Positions 22,972 to 32,305 are shown, counted from the first letter of the stretch. The stretch: 64,000 bases of DNA from Acidimicrobiaceae bacterium (GCA_020637235.1 JACJWG010000015.1:2557-66556); one strand, 5' to 3'. The notes: generated from the letters alone by a model not told the origin. Numbers and translations are program-made.

Positions 22972-24255
22972 ATGCGCGGCTTGCTACCGTCGGACGACGT
23001 GCCGTCCGCCCAGCCCGTCCCGTCCGCCCACGCCCTCTCGTCCGCCCTGCCCGCGTTCCTCCACCCGTTCGCGAAGCCCACCCGCGAGTCGTTCGTCCGC
23101 ATCGTGCGCGGCGACGGCGCGCTGGTGTGGGACGCCGACGGTCGCGACCTCGTCGACGGGATGGCCAGCCTCTGGTACTGCGCGATCGGCCACGGCCGCC
23201 AGGAGATGGCCGACACGATCGCCGCCCAGGCGTCGACCCTGGCCGCGTACAGCTGCTTCGACCCGTTCACCAACGATCCGGCCGAACAGCTCGCCGCGGA
23301 GTTGCACGAGATCGCCCCGATGGCCGACAGTCGGGTGTTCCTGTGCTGCTCGGGCTCGGAGGCGGTCGACAGCGCGATGAAGCTCGCCCGCATCGCCCAC
23401 GTGCAGGCCGGTCAGCCGCAGCGCAAGCTGATCATCTCGCGGGTGCGGGGCTACCACGGCGTGGCCTACGGCGGCACCAGCGCCCAGGGCATCGCCCCGA
23501 ACCGCCAGGACTTCGGCCCGTTCGTCGAGGGTGTGGTGCAGGTGCCGTCCGACGACGTCGAGGCGCTCGCGTCGTTGATGGCCGAGCACGGCGACACGGT
23601 GGCCGCGGTGATCACCGAGCCGGTGCAGGGAGCGGGTGGGATCTTCCCGCCCGCCGAGGGCTATCTCGAGTCGTTGCGCAAGCTGTGCGATCAGCACGGC
23701 GCGTTCTTGATCTTCGACGAGGTGATCACCGGGTACGGCCGCCTCGGTAGCTGGTTCGCGGCACACCACTTCGGGGTCCGTCCCGATCTGGTCACGTTCG
23801 CGAAGGCGGTCACGTCGGGCTACCAGCCGCTCGGTGGGGTGTTCGTCGGCCCGGCCGTGCGTGCCGGGCTGGAGGCCGATCCCGACTTCTTCCTCCGCCA
23901 CGGGTTCACCTACTCGGGGCACCCGGTCGCCTGCGCGGCGGGGCTCACCAACCTCGCGATCATCCGCCGTGAGGGTCTCGTCGAGCGGGCGACCCACGTG
24001 GGTGCGCAGCTGAGCGCCGGCCTGCGTTCGCTGGCGAGCGACGGCCAGATCGACCACACCCGCGGCGAGGGCGCGATGTGGGCCGCCGGGCTGCGCGCCG
24101 ACCAGAACGCGATGGCGATCCGCGACGAGATGTTGCGCCGCGGAGTGATCTGTCGCGCGATCAACACCGACACGCTCACGTTCTGCCCGCCGCTCGTGAT
24201 CACCGACGACCAGATCGCCCGCATCGTCGACACCCTCGCCGCGGCCACGGCCTGA
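22972..24255 (+). CDS. class III PLP-dependent aminotransferase (omega-aminotransferase type)
   Basis: ATG at 22972 within ORF 21490..24255. Motifs LWYCAIGHGR, GSEAVDSAMKLAR, LIFDEVITGYGRLG, TFAKAVTSGY, TYSGHP. An alternative GTG start is at 22999. Confidence 0.85.
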   Translation: MRGLLPSDDVPSAQPVPSAHALSSALPAFLHPFAKPTRESFVRIVRGDGALVWDADGRDLVDGMASLWYCAIGHGRQEMADTIAAQASTLAAYSCFDPFTNDPAEQLAAELHEIAPMADSRVFLCCSGSEAVDSAMKLARIAHVQAGQPQRKLIISRVRGYHGVAYGGTSAQGIAPNRQDFGPFVEGVVQVPSDDVEALASLMAEHGDTVAAVITEPVQGAGGIFPPAEGYLESLRKLCDQHGAFLIFDEVITGYGRLGSWFAAHHFGVRPDLVTFAKAVTSGYQPLGGVFVGPAVRAGLEADPDFFLRHGFTYSGHPVACAAGLTNLAIIRREGLVERATHVGAQLSAGLRSLASDGQIDHTRGEGAMWAAGLRADQNAMAIRDEMLRRGVICRAINTDTLTFCPPLVITDDQIARIVDTLAAATA

Positions 24256-24256
24256 C

Positions 24257-24345
24257 CGAGGTCGGAGCGGTCGAGGTCAGCGCGGTCGAGGTCAGCGCGG
24301 TCGAGATCAGAGCGGTCGCGGTCAGAGCGGTCGGATCCAGCCGGT
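24257..24345. repeat. about six tandem 15-nt units (CGAGGTCAGCGCGGT consensus) at a convergent gene junction
   Basis: Read directly from the sequence. Units start at 24257, 24272, 24287, 24302, 24317 and 24332 and degenerate toward the right. The run covers the aminotransferase/GT2 intergenic gap and the last codons of the GT2 gene. Confidence 0.8.
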
Positions 24346-25551
24346 CGACACCGTGCTCACGCCGCGGCTCGTGGCGAGGCCCGCGGGCTGCGCCCCACCG
24401 GCTCCCCGGCTCGGTCGCGCTCGGCGGATCACCCCGACCTTGCGGTCGGCCCAGGCCATCTTCACGTACGTGTACACCCCCGCCGGCACCACGACGAGGC
24501 TGATGAACAACAGGTAGATCGGCATCAGTGCGAGCGCGACGTCGAAGCTGCGCCGGTTCACCCATGCCATCGTCGACAGGTACGTCACGATCGCCGCGAC
24601 CACCGGCCACGACGGGTTGATCAGGTAGTACCACCGCAGCGGCGTGGTGACGAGCGCCAGGAACCCGTACAGGAACAGCGTCGGGTGCCAGCGGGCGAGG
24701 TACAGGTTCACGACGAACAGCCGCACCTCCCCGCCCGACCAGGCGAGGCGTTGGCGCCACCACGCCCGGTAGGTGTCGGGCACGATCGTCGGCACCACGA
24801 ACGGCACGTGCCCGACCCGGTAGCCGAGGGCGTCGCCGAGGACGCCGACCTCGACGTCGTTGCCCTGGAAGAACGTCGAGTGGGCATGCATGATCTCCCG
24901 GTGCACCTTGGTGCGCAGTGCGTGGCAGGCACCCGACACCAGCCACGGCATCAGCACCCGCAGGCGCATCGCCGTGCGGTACTCGTGCGCCTGCAACCGC
25001 TCGAGCATCGTGGTCCGGTTCTGCGCCTCGAGCCGGATCGACACCACGTCGAGCGCCCCCGCCTCCAGCGCACCGACGAGCACCGACAACGGGAGTTCGG
25101 TCTCGGTGTCGGCGTCGATGCACACGACGTACGGGTGCTCCACCACGTCGAGCGCGTCGCGCACGATGATCTCGCGGATCACGCCGCCGGTCGACTTCTT
25201 CCCGCCGCTGCCCGGCACCACACGTCCGGGCACGTGTCCGCGGAAGAGGCGGAAGCCCTCACGATCGCACACCTCCTCGATCGCCGCGTTGAACTCGTCG
25301 GTCTCGGCGGTGGTGGTGGTGATCAGCACCCGCTCGCCGTACTGGCGGAGGTAGTCGACGTTGGTGAGGTACTTGATGTGCCCGTAGATCGGCACGATCA
25401 CCGTGAAGTTCTCGAGTCGTGGGCTGTCGAGGTCGACCCGCAACGTGGCGTGGCGCGACGCCCGCATGTTCGGCGACATCTCCGACAGCGCGAGCAGCAC
25501 CGCCGGCAGGAACAGCACGACGAACATGAGCCACTCGTCCATCGCCATCAC
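24322..25551 (-). CDS. membrane-embedded family-2 glycosyltransferase (processive synthase-like)
   Basis: 409 aa. N-terminal TM, FTVIVPIYG, CIDADTE, a QRLAWSGG variant of Q(R/Q)xRW, and several C-terminal TM segments. Confidence 0.75.
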   Translation of the reverse strand: MMAMDEWLMFVVLFLPAVLLALSEMSPNMRASRHATLRVDLDSPRLENFTVIVPIYGHIKYLTNVDYLRQYGERVLITTTTAETDEFNAAIEEVCDREGFRLFRGHVPGRVVPGSGGKKSTGGVIREIIVRDALDVVEHPYVVCIDADTETELPLSVLVGALEAGALDVVSIRLEAQNRTTMLERLQAHEYRTAMRLRVLMPWLVSGACHALRTKVHREIMHAHSTFFQGNDVEVGVLGDALGYRVGHVPFVVPTIVPDTYRAWWRQRLAWSGGEVRLFVVNLYLARWHPTLFLYGFLALVTTPLRWYYLINPSWPVVAAIVTYLSTMAWVNRRSFDVALALMPIYLLFISLVVVPAGVYTYVKMAWADRKVGVIRRARPSRGAGGAQPAGLATSRGVSTVSTGWIRPL

Positions 25552-25576
25552 GCCGCCGCCCGCCGCCCTGCAGGGT

Positions 25577-26731
25577 TCACACCTGCAACAGCACCTCGTC
25601 GCGAGGCGCCCACACGTCGAGCGGGGCTCGCAGGTCGGCGACGCCGTCGGTGAGCAACGGTCCGACGAAGTCGTCGTCGTCGTGCAGCGCCGCCCGGTAC
25701 AGCACCGGCAACAGGTCGAAGAGCACGTCGATGCGAGCGCCGGTGAGCTGCGTCGGGATCACGCTGATGCGCGGGTGTGCCGTCGACCGCTGTTCCTCGT
25801 GGGTGGCGGCGAGCACCTCGTGCAGCTTCTCCCCCGGCCGCAGCCCGCTGTACACGATCGACTCGATCGGCCATCCGGTGAGTGCGCTGAATCGTTCGAC
25901 CAGATCGACGATCCGGATCGGCTCGCCCATGTCGAACACGTAGGTCTCGCCGTGCTCGGCCATCAGCCCCGCCTCGAGCACCAGCCCGACCGCCTCGGGG
26001 ATCGACATGAAGAACCGGGTGACGTCGCGATCGGTGATCGTGACCGGCAACCCGTTGGCGAGCTGCCAGCGCAGCGTGTCGAGCAGCGACCCGCGGCTGC
26101 CGAGCACGTTGCCGAAGCGCACCGAGGCGACCCGCATGCCGTGATGAGCCGTGCCCTGCATCACGTACTCCGACAGCAGCTTCGACGCCCCGAGCACCGA
26201 CGACGGGTCGGCGGCCTTGTCGGTCGAGATGAGCACCATTCGCTCGGCGCCGGCGGCGAGCGCGGCGTCGACCACGTTCTGCGTGCCGTAGACGTTGGTC
26301 TTGACGGCCTCCGACGGTGCCCGCTCGAGCAGCTGCAGGTGCTTGTGCGCCGCGGCGTGGAACACCACGTCGGGACGCAACCGCTCGAAGGTGCGCATCA
26401 ACCGGGGGCGGTCGCGGATGTCGGCGAGCACCACGGTGTCGGTGTCGAGCAACCCGCTGCCGCTGAGCTCGAGGTGCAGGCCGTGCAAGCGCGATTCGTC
26501 GTGATCGAGCAGGTAGACGTGCGCGCCCAGCCGGTTCATCTGGCGGACGAGCTCACTGCCGATCGAGCCGGCTGCGCCCGTCACCACCACCCGCCGGCCG
26601 GCCACGAGCGCGGACGCTGCGGCGCTGGTCTCGGCGACGCCGTCACGACCGAGCAGCCGGCGGCTGACGTCGGCCATGTCGAGTCGTCGCCGGTTGAACG
26701 GGACCTGAGGAGATGGGGAGTCCGCCTGCAT
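25577..26731 (-). CDS. CapD/WbpM-like NDP-sugar 4,6-dehydratase/epimerase (soluble short form)
   Basis: VVVTGAAGSIGSEL, HAAAHKH, ISTDKAADPSSVLGASK, FGNVLGSRGS, TRFFMSIPEAV. The ATG at 26731 was chosen within ORF 25577..26785. Confidence 0.8.
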   Translation of the reverse strand: MQADSPSPQVPFNRRRLDMADVSRRLLGRDGVAETSAAASALVAGRRVVVTGAAGSIGSELVRQMNRLGAHVYLLDHDESRLHGLHLELSGSGLLDTDTVVLADIRDRPRLMRTFERLRPDVVFHAAAHKHLQLLERAPSEAVKTNVYGTQNVVDAALAAGAERMVLISTDKAADPSSVLGASKLLSEYVMQGTAHHGMRVASVRFGNVLGSRGSLLDTLRWQLANGLPVTITDRDVTRFFMSIPEAVGLVLEAGLMAEHGETYVFDMGEPIRIVDLVERFSALTGWPIESIVYSGLRPGEKLHEVLAATHEEQRSTAHPRISVIPTQLTGARIDVLFDLLPVLYRAALHDDDDFVGPLLTDGVADLRAPLDVWAPRDEVLLQV

Positions 26732-26812
26732 ACCGCAGAGGTGTTCGGCCGATCCGGTGACGGTCTTGACGCCGGCGGCACACACCGCAGACGAACCCCG
26801 CAGATGCGGGTG

Positions 26813-28129
26813 TCAAGTGTCAAGAGTTCGTGTGGTTCCCGCCCGCCGCGACGACACCACGGCGAGCCGCCCGAACGCCACGAACACGACCGCCCACAGC
26901 AACATCCCCGTGACGCTCGACCCGGTGCGCGGGAACCGGTTCGCCACCCCGGTACCGCTCGTCGCCGACCCCGACGAACCCGACGTGCCGGACGAGCTGG
27001 ACGAACCGGTGCCGGCCGCCGACGCGACGGCGATCGTGGTGCTCGGCGTCGGCCCGGCCGCCCCGACGGCCGTCGACGAGGTGGCCGACGTCGACGAGGT
27101 CGGCCCAGCCGTCGTGGTCGGCCCGCCGCTCCCGACGATCGTCGTCGTCGTGGTCGTCGTGGTCGTCGTGGTCGTCGTGGTCGTCGTGGTCGTCGTGGTG
27201 GACCCCGGCACGACCACGAGCACGCCCTGCGTGAGCGCCCCCGGCGCCGTCGGTGCGTCGGCGAGCGCCTCCGCCGCCGGCTCGATCGCAGCATCGGTCG
27301 ACGCGTTCGCCGCGGCGGTCGGGGCATCGAGCACCGCCTCGGTCCGGGCCGCTCGGCCGGTCGCAGCGACAGGTGACGGCGGATCGAGCACGGTCGCCGA
27401 CACGGCGCCGACGCCGAGCCCACCCGACCCGCCCGATCCGTCGGTGTCGTCCGAACCCACCCGCCACACGAACCCCGCCGGCCCACCCTCGCCATCCGCG
27501 GTCACCGTGATCTCGAGCCACCACGTTCGTTCGACCACGTACACGACATCTCCAGAGTCACCAGGGTCACCGGCGTTTCCAGAGTCACCCGAGGGACTAG
27601 CGCCGACGGCCTCCGGCACGACACACACGAACCCGACCCGGTATCGGCCGTCGGGCAGGTCGCCTGGTTCGAGGTGTGTGAAACCGACGAGCGGTGCGGC
27701 GCCGATCGTGCCGTCGGGCTCGGTGGGCCGATGCACGATCGGCACCTCGTCGACGTGTGCCGCCAGCGGGACGATCGGCGAGTCCGGGGTCCACCCGAGC
27801 GGGCCGGTCTCGTCGAATCGAAGGGTCGCGGGATCGACCTCGTCAGGCACTGCGAACGAACTCCACCGTGTGCCCTGCGCATCGGTCGACGACCGACACG
27901 TGCGATCGAACGGCACGATCTGCAGCGAGATCGCGGTCGAGCTGTCGCCGCTGGTGGGTGAGATCACCAGCCCCGACGTCTCCACCCCGAGCGGCAGCGC
28001 TGCGGCGGCGTTCCCGGCGAACATCACACCCGACGCCACCATGCCGATGCGGGCGAGGAGCCGTCCCCAACTGCGGGGCGACGTGCGACGAACTCCCGAT
28101 CTACGTCGCCTCGCCTCGCGTGTGGACAT
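26813..28129 (-). CDS. secreted surface protein: two-Cys N-terminal domain + poly-Thr/Ser stalk + FPRTG sorting-signal-like C-terminus
   Basis: 438 aa with a signal-like N-terminus. The domain with C...RW...DGRYRVGFVC...W.EITVT is homologous to four other proteins in the window. There are 20 consecutive Thr. The C-terminus is FPRTG + hydrophobic segment + RRAG. Confidence 0.7.
   Translation of the reverse strand: MSTREARRRRSGVRRTSPRSWGRLLARIGMVASGVMFAGNAAAALPLGVETSGLVISPTSGDSSTAISLQIVPFDRTCRSSTDAQGTRWSSFAVPDEVDPATLRFDETGPLGWTPDSPIVPLAAHVDEVPIVHRPTEPDGTIGAAPLVGFTHLEPGDLPDGRYRVGFVCVVPEAVGASPSGDSGNAGDPGDSGDVVYVVERTWWLEITVTADGEGGPAGFVWRVGSDDTDGSGGSGGLGVGAVSATVLDPPSPVAATGRAARTEAVLDAPTAAANASTDAAIEPAAEALADAPTAPGALTQGVLVVVPGSTTTTTTTTTTTTTTTTTTTTIVGSGGPTTTAGPTSSTSATSSTAVGAAGPTPSTTIAVASAAGTGSSSSSGTSGSSGSATSGTGVANRFPRTGSSVTGMLLWAVVFVAFGRLAVVSSRRAGTTRTLDT
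27140..27199 (-). repeat. 60-nt ACC/ACG run encoding 20 consecutive Thr
   Basis: The plus strand reads (GTCGTCGTG)n. Frame was checked against ORF 26813..28129. Confidence 0.9.
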
Positions 28130-28369
28130 GCTGCTTTCCTCGTTCGTTCGCCGGCGACTCCGGGCCGTCGACCGACTGCGCCGACGCTAGGCGCCGACGA
28201 TGCAGCTGCGGACGACGGCTCGGTGACCACTGGTCGACCATCAGGTGAACTCTTCTCGAATGAGAGCCGCTCTTCAGTTGTCAAGGTGCCTGCGGTGCGC
28301 TGACGTGTGTCTCCCGGCCGTCGTGGTCTCGGGTCGCGCACCTGATGTGGCCAGGCGGGCCAGCGGGCA

Positions 28370-29746
28370 TCAGGCCCACTGCTGGGCGGGTGGTCCGGTG
28401 GTCATGATCACCTGGCCGTCGCGGCGGACGGTGAGCGACCGGTCGGCCGCCAGGTGCACGTCCCACCGTTCGCGGTGCAACCGGTCGTGATGATGCCGGC
28501 ACAGCGGCAGCAGCAGATGGAGATCGGTCGCCCCGCCGTGTTCCCAGAACTCGACGTGATGGGGTTCGGTGAGCGACACGTGCTGTTCGCACCCGGGCAC
28601 CCCGCAGGAGCGGTACATCGCTCGCAGCGCCCGCCGCTGCACGCGTGACGCATGCCTGCGCGCACGTCCGTGATCGAGCACCACTGGCCGTTCGATCGAG
28701 CCGAGCAGCTCGCCGACGGTTCGTACCGGTCGGCCCTGCGCGACCACCACCCCGTCCGCATCCAGGAGAACCGGGATGAACCGGGCCCGGCCCGCCAGAG
28801 CCAGCAACTCCTCGACCGGGACCTCGAGCCCGGCACCACAATCGACCCGCGACCGGTCGTGACGGCCGTGGAGCAGGGTGTCGTGGTCGATCACCACGAT
28901 GAACTCCGGTTGCCCCACCCCACCCGCCAGTCCGGACATGAGGTCGGCGAGTGCGTGCGCCCGTAGCCAGTCCTGCCCGGCCAGCGGATCGGTCGGGCAC
29001 TCCGGCGGGCGGGCCTGACGGAACCGCACCTCCAACTGGTGAGCGAGGCGTTGCTGCAACGCGATCGCGGAGGCGGGGTCGAACCTGCCGGCGATCCGCC
29101 ACATCCCCTCACGATCGGTCCACGTTCGCAGCCCGGTGTCGCGTCGCTGCCGGGCGAGCCGCGCTCGACCGTCGTCGCCCTCGATCCGGCGCACCTCGGC
29201 ACGCAGTCGGTCGCGGAACCTGGCCACCGACCAGCGACCGTCGATGGCGAGCCGAGCGAGCTCGGGCTCCAACGCACGCAACCGGTCCCGCAACGCGTCG
29301 GGCAACGACGCCACCGCATCGGTGAACGCATCGAGATGCTCACCACCCAACACACCCGCCTCGATCCCGGCCACCACCGACGGCGCCGCAACAGCAGCAC
29401 GCGCTCGACGCATCGACCGCCCCGCAGCCGCAGACGATCGGCCCGTCACCCCGGCATGCACACGATCCGGATCGATCCCCGCACCGGCATCCGCCAACGC
29501 ATCGAGCGCGCGGTTGCAGGCGATCTCGCGCCCGTCCAACACCCGACGACACGCCGTGATCGACGCCAACACCTCCGCCACCCCGTCGGCACCGAGTGCT
29601 TCGTGCGCGTCGAGATCGGCCAACAGCACACGGCGGAACCGTGCGACGAACCCCGACACGCCGTCGAGGGCTTCGCCGTCGCCCCGCAGCCCGTCGATGG
29701 GCGTCGCGTCGCACGAGACCTCATCGACATCGAGCGCCACCGCCAT
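28370..29746 (-). CDS. DUF222/HNH endonuclease-signature protein ('13E12 repeat'-type selfish-element-like gene)
   Basis: ATG at 29746 with a GGAGGTGGGG RBS. The C-terminus RRALRAMYRSCGVPGC...EPHHVEFWEHGGATDLHLLLPLCRHHHDRLH is the HNH signature typical of actinobacterial DUF222 proteins. Confidence 0.85.
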   Translation of the reverse strand: MAVALDVDEVSCDATPIDGLRGDGEALDGVSGFVARFRRVLLADLDAHEALGADGVAEVLASITACRRVLDGREIACNRALDALADAGAGIDPDRVHAGVTGRSSAAAGRSMRRARAAVAAPSVVAGIEAGVLGGEHLDAFTDAVASLPDALRDRLRALEPELARLAIDGRWSVARFRDRLRAEVRRIEGDDGRARLARQRRDTGLRTWTDREGMWRIAGRFDPASAIALQQRLAHQLEVRFRQARPPECPTDPLAGQDWLRAHALADLMSGLAGGVGQPEFIVVIDHDTLLHGRHDRSRVDCGAGLEVPVEELLALAGRARFIPVLLDADGVVVAQGRPVRTVGELLGSIERPVVLDHGRARRHASRVQRRALRAMYRSCGVPGCEQHVSLTEPHHVEFWEHGGATDLHLLLPLCRHHHDRLHRERWDVHLAADRSLTVRRDGQVIMTTGPPAQQWA

Positions 29747-29914
29747 CGCACCCCACCTCCTTCGCCACGGACGTGTCCGACCACGATGCGGAGACCATCC
29801 GACCGTGATCCGACTCTCGTTCGCCATCCGGCCGTCATGCAGCCGCCATCCAGCAACAGGGTCTTGAGGACCGATTCGTCCCGACCGCCACGTCGAGAAC
29901 TGACTCTGACTGTA

Positions 29915-29930
29915 TCGAACAGATGTTCGA
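29915..29930. promoter_or_regulatory. LexA (SOS/Cheo) box TCGAACAGATGTTCGA upstream of the HNH gene
   Basis: Perfect match to the Gram-positive/actinobacterial consensus TCGAAC-N4-GTTCGA. It lies 169 nt upstream of the HNH ATG in a 223-nt noncoding gap. Confidence 0.6.
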
Positions 29931-29938
29931 TCGACAAC

Positions 29939-29954
29939 CCCCGCGATCGCGGGG
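29939..29954 (-). terminator. 16-nt perfect GC palindrome CCCCGCGATCGCGGGG just downstream of the 29970 gene stop
   Basis: Read directly. Located 15 nt after the stop on the minus strand. No T tract, so function is uncertain. Confidence 0.3.
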
Positions 29955-29969
29955 AAGCGGCGGCGCTCG

Positions 29970-31157
29970 TCAGCGGCGACCGGCGACCGCGAAGGCGTCT
30001 TCGCTCGCCGCCGACGCCGCAGCCCCGGGTGCAGCGGCGCCCACCGCCGGCCGCTCGGACGGCATCTCGCGATCGACGAGTTCGCCACGCTCGACCCGCC
30101 GACGCACCCGCCAGCGCATCAGGAGCACACCGATGTTGAACACCACCAGCAGCACCACGCCGATGAGCAGCCACGGGCGATGGGTGGTGGTGAGCTCGTC
30201 GGTGACGGTGGGTCCGGCGCCCGAGGCGACGACCCGCCATTCCACGTCGCCGAACGACGGTGCCGGTACCTCGGCGACGACGCTCTGGCTCCACGTCTGT
30301 CCCACGCCGATCTGGCCGGGATCGTCGAACGGCAAGCTGGCGACGATGTCGGCGCCTCGGGTGGCGGTGGCCGAGAGTTGCACGTCGCGCAGTCCGGATG
30401 TCGACGTGTTCGTGACCCGCACCGTCACCTCGTAGGTGGCCGGTCCGCCGAGCTGGGCTCGGATCCCGCCGATCGCTCCGCTGGCACCGAGACCGGCTTC
30501 GATGGCGACGGTGAGCAAGGGACCGGTGACCTGTGGTTCGACCACCGGCCCGACCGGGTGCCCGGTGATCACGATCGGCGCGATCGCGATCTCACTGGTG
30601 TCGCGACCCACGGCCCGCAGCACGCACGGGCAATCGGTCGGTGGCGCCACGATCGGGATCGACATCCGCAATGGCGATCCGTCGATCGGGAACTCCTTGG
30701 TGACGCTGGCGGTCTGGTTGCAGTCGGGCGAGCCGCGGCGGGCCTCGTTGCCGCACACCGTCACGGTCGCCCAGATCGACTCGAACTGGTCGAGCGTGAC
30801 GATCACGCGCCCGCCCGGCGCCATCTCGGCGGCGTCGATCGACATCGACGGGCCCTCGACGATGCCCGGCGTCGACGACTCCGGCGTCGCGCCGTCAGGG
30901 GCCTGCGACGAGACCGCGGTGTCCGCCGTGGCGACCGTGGCGACCGTGGCAGCGGGGACGATGCTCGTGCCGGCGACGCTCGTGACCGACGCCTCGGCCG
31001 GTACCGACGCTGCGACGGTCGACGCCGGCACGGTCGACGCCGGGCTGGTGTCGGGTGTGGCCTCGTACGAGGCCGCCGCGGCACGCATGGTGACGAAGCC
31101 ACCGAACGCGCCGACGACGATCAGTGCCGCTGCGATCGCCGTGGCGCGTCCCTTCAC
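29970..31157 (-). CDS. bitopic membrane/surface protein (N-terminal anchor or signal, Ig-like middle, C-terminal TM + basic tail)
   Basis: GTG at 31157 overlaps the upstream stop (GTGA). 395 aa. Begins VKGRATAIAAALIVVGAFGG and ends PWLLIGVVLLVVFNIGVLLMRWRVRRR plus tail. Confidence 0.55.
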   Translation of the reverse strand: MKGRATAIAAALIVVGAFGGFVTMRAAAASYEATPDTSPASTVPASTVAASVPAEASVTSVAGTSIVPAATVATVATADTAVSSQAPDGATPESSTPGIVEGPSMSIDAAEMAPGGRVIVTLDQFESIWATVTVCGNEARRGSPDCNQTASVTKEFPIDGSPLRMSIPIVAPPTDCPCVLRAVGRDTSEIAIAPIVITGHPVGPVVEPQVTGPLLTVAIEAGLGASGAIGGIRAQLGGPATYEVTVRVTNTSTSGLRDVQLSATATRGADIVASLPFDDPGQIGVGQTWSQSVVAEVPAPSFGDVEWRVVASGAGPTVTDELTTTHRPWLLIGVVLLVVFNIGVLLMRWRVRRRVERGELVDREMPSERPAVGAAAPGAAASAASEDAFAVAGRR

Positions 31158-32305
31158 CGGAGCTGCGGTTCGCGGTCGCGGTCGTGATCGGTGCCGGGGA
31201 GCGTCCGCACGGCCGGCGCGACGGGCAGGGCGGCCATCCGGCGGCGGCGGTAGGCGCGGCGGGCGAGCAGCGCGAGCACCAGCAGGGCGAGCAGCAGCAG
31301 GATCGTGATCGGCGGTGCGAAGACGTTGGTGGATGCGACGGTGTCCTGCGCTCCCCCACGGGCGTTCGCCTCGTCGATGTCGATGCGCACCTCGGTGCGA
31401 TCGAGGAAGAGCGCCGGCACGCCGTCGAGGCTGGCGGTGAGGTCGATGGCCTGGCCGGGCAGGAGGTCGGTGATCGGGTCGAGCGTGATCTCCTTCTTCA
31501 TGAGACCGAACGGGCCGCCGACGGAGATGACCGGCGTGCCGCCGATGCGCACGTTGCCGCGGTTCTCGACCGAGAAGGTGACGTCGGCGCTGCCGCCGAA
31601 GGGGTTGGCCGAATGGCCGTACTCCGTCGACAGCGACGACACGGCCAGCTCGGCGGTCAGCTCTCCTTCCACCTGCACGTACAGGCGGGTGCCGGTGCGA
31701 CGCTCGACGTCGATCACCTGCCCGCTGCCGGTGTCCTCGGGCGTGACGCTGCCGGCGACGATCGCGCCGACGTGGTCTCCCGGTGCGGCGTCCACCGGAA
31801 CGGTCATCGTGAACGGGATGGTGGCCTGCTTGTTCGGTTCGAGGATGATCCGCTCCTGCACGAGCTGCACCCACGAGCCGGCGTCGACCGGCACGTCGTC
31901 GCCGGGCAGCAGGTCGAACTGGCCGTCGGCGTTGTTGAACGCATCGGTGGCGTACACGCGGAACTCGAGCGGCACGTTGCCGAGGTTGTAGAGCACCACG
32001 GTGTCCTCGATCACGGCTCCCGGCTGCACCTGGTAGGTGAAGTTGGGGCGGCTGCCGGGCTCGGAGCCGTCGGTGCCACCGCCGGTGGTGAGCGTCCAGC
32101 TCTGGACGATCTCGGGCGCGGGCGTAGCCACGTCGGTCTGCGCCGGATCGGTGCCTGCGGGCTCGGACGTCTGTGTTCCGTCGACCGACGTGTCGGGCAC
32201 GCTGGCGCTGGCGAACCCGCCGAGCGGTGCCGCAGGGGCGAGCGTGGACGCAGCGAGCAGGGAGGCGGCGAGCGCGGTGCGGATCGCATGGCGGCGGAAG
32301 TTCAT
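31154..32305 (-). CDS. DUF916/DUF3324-type cell-surface protein (CscA-like partner of WxL proteins), C-terminal TM anchor
   Basis: 383 aa with a signal peptide. FTYQVQPGAVIEDTVVLYNLGNVPLEFRVYATDAFNNADGQFDL, a second beta-sandwich-like half, then ITILLLLALLVLALLARRAYRRRR. Confidence 0.65.
   Translation of the reverse strand: MNFRRHAIRTALAASLLAASTLAPAAPLGGFASASVPDTSVDGTQTSEPAGTDPAQTDVATPAPEIVQSWTLTTGGGTDGSEPGSRPNFTYQVQPGAVIEDTVVLYNLGNVPLEFRVYATDAFNNADGQFDLLPGDDVPVDAGSWVQLVQERIILEPNKQATIPFTMTVPVDAAPGDHVGAIVAGSVTPEDTGSGQVIDVERRTGTRLYVQVEGELTAELAVSSLSTEYGHSANPFGGSADVTFSVENRGNVRIGGTPVISVGGPFGLMKKEITLDPITDLLPGQAIDLTASLDGVPALFLDRTEVRIDIDEANARGGAQDTVASTNVFAPPITILLLLALLVLALLARRAYRRRRMAALPVAPAVRTLPGTDHDRDREPQLR

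Noticed and set aside
28130-29970. HNH/DUF222 gene as a bounded IS or transposon
   Set aside because: I found no terminal inverted repeats, target-site duplication or transposase/integrase. Only the HNH gene and long flanking gaps are present. I kept it as a selfish-element-like gene and do not call it a defined mobile element.
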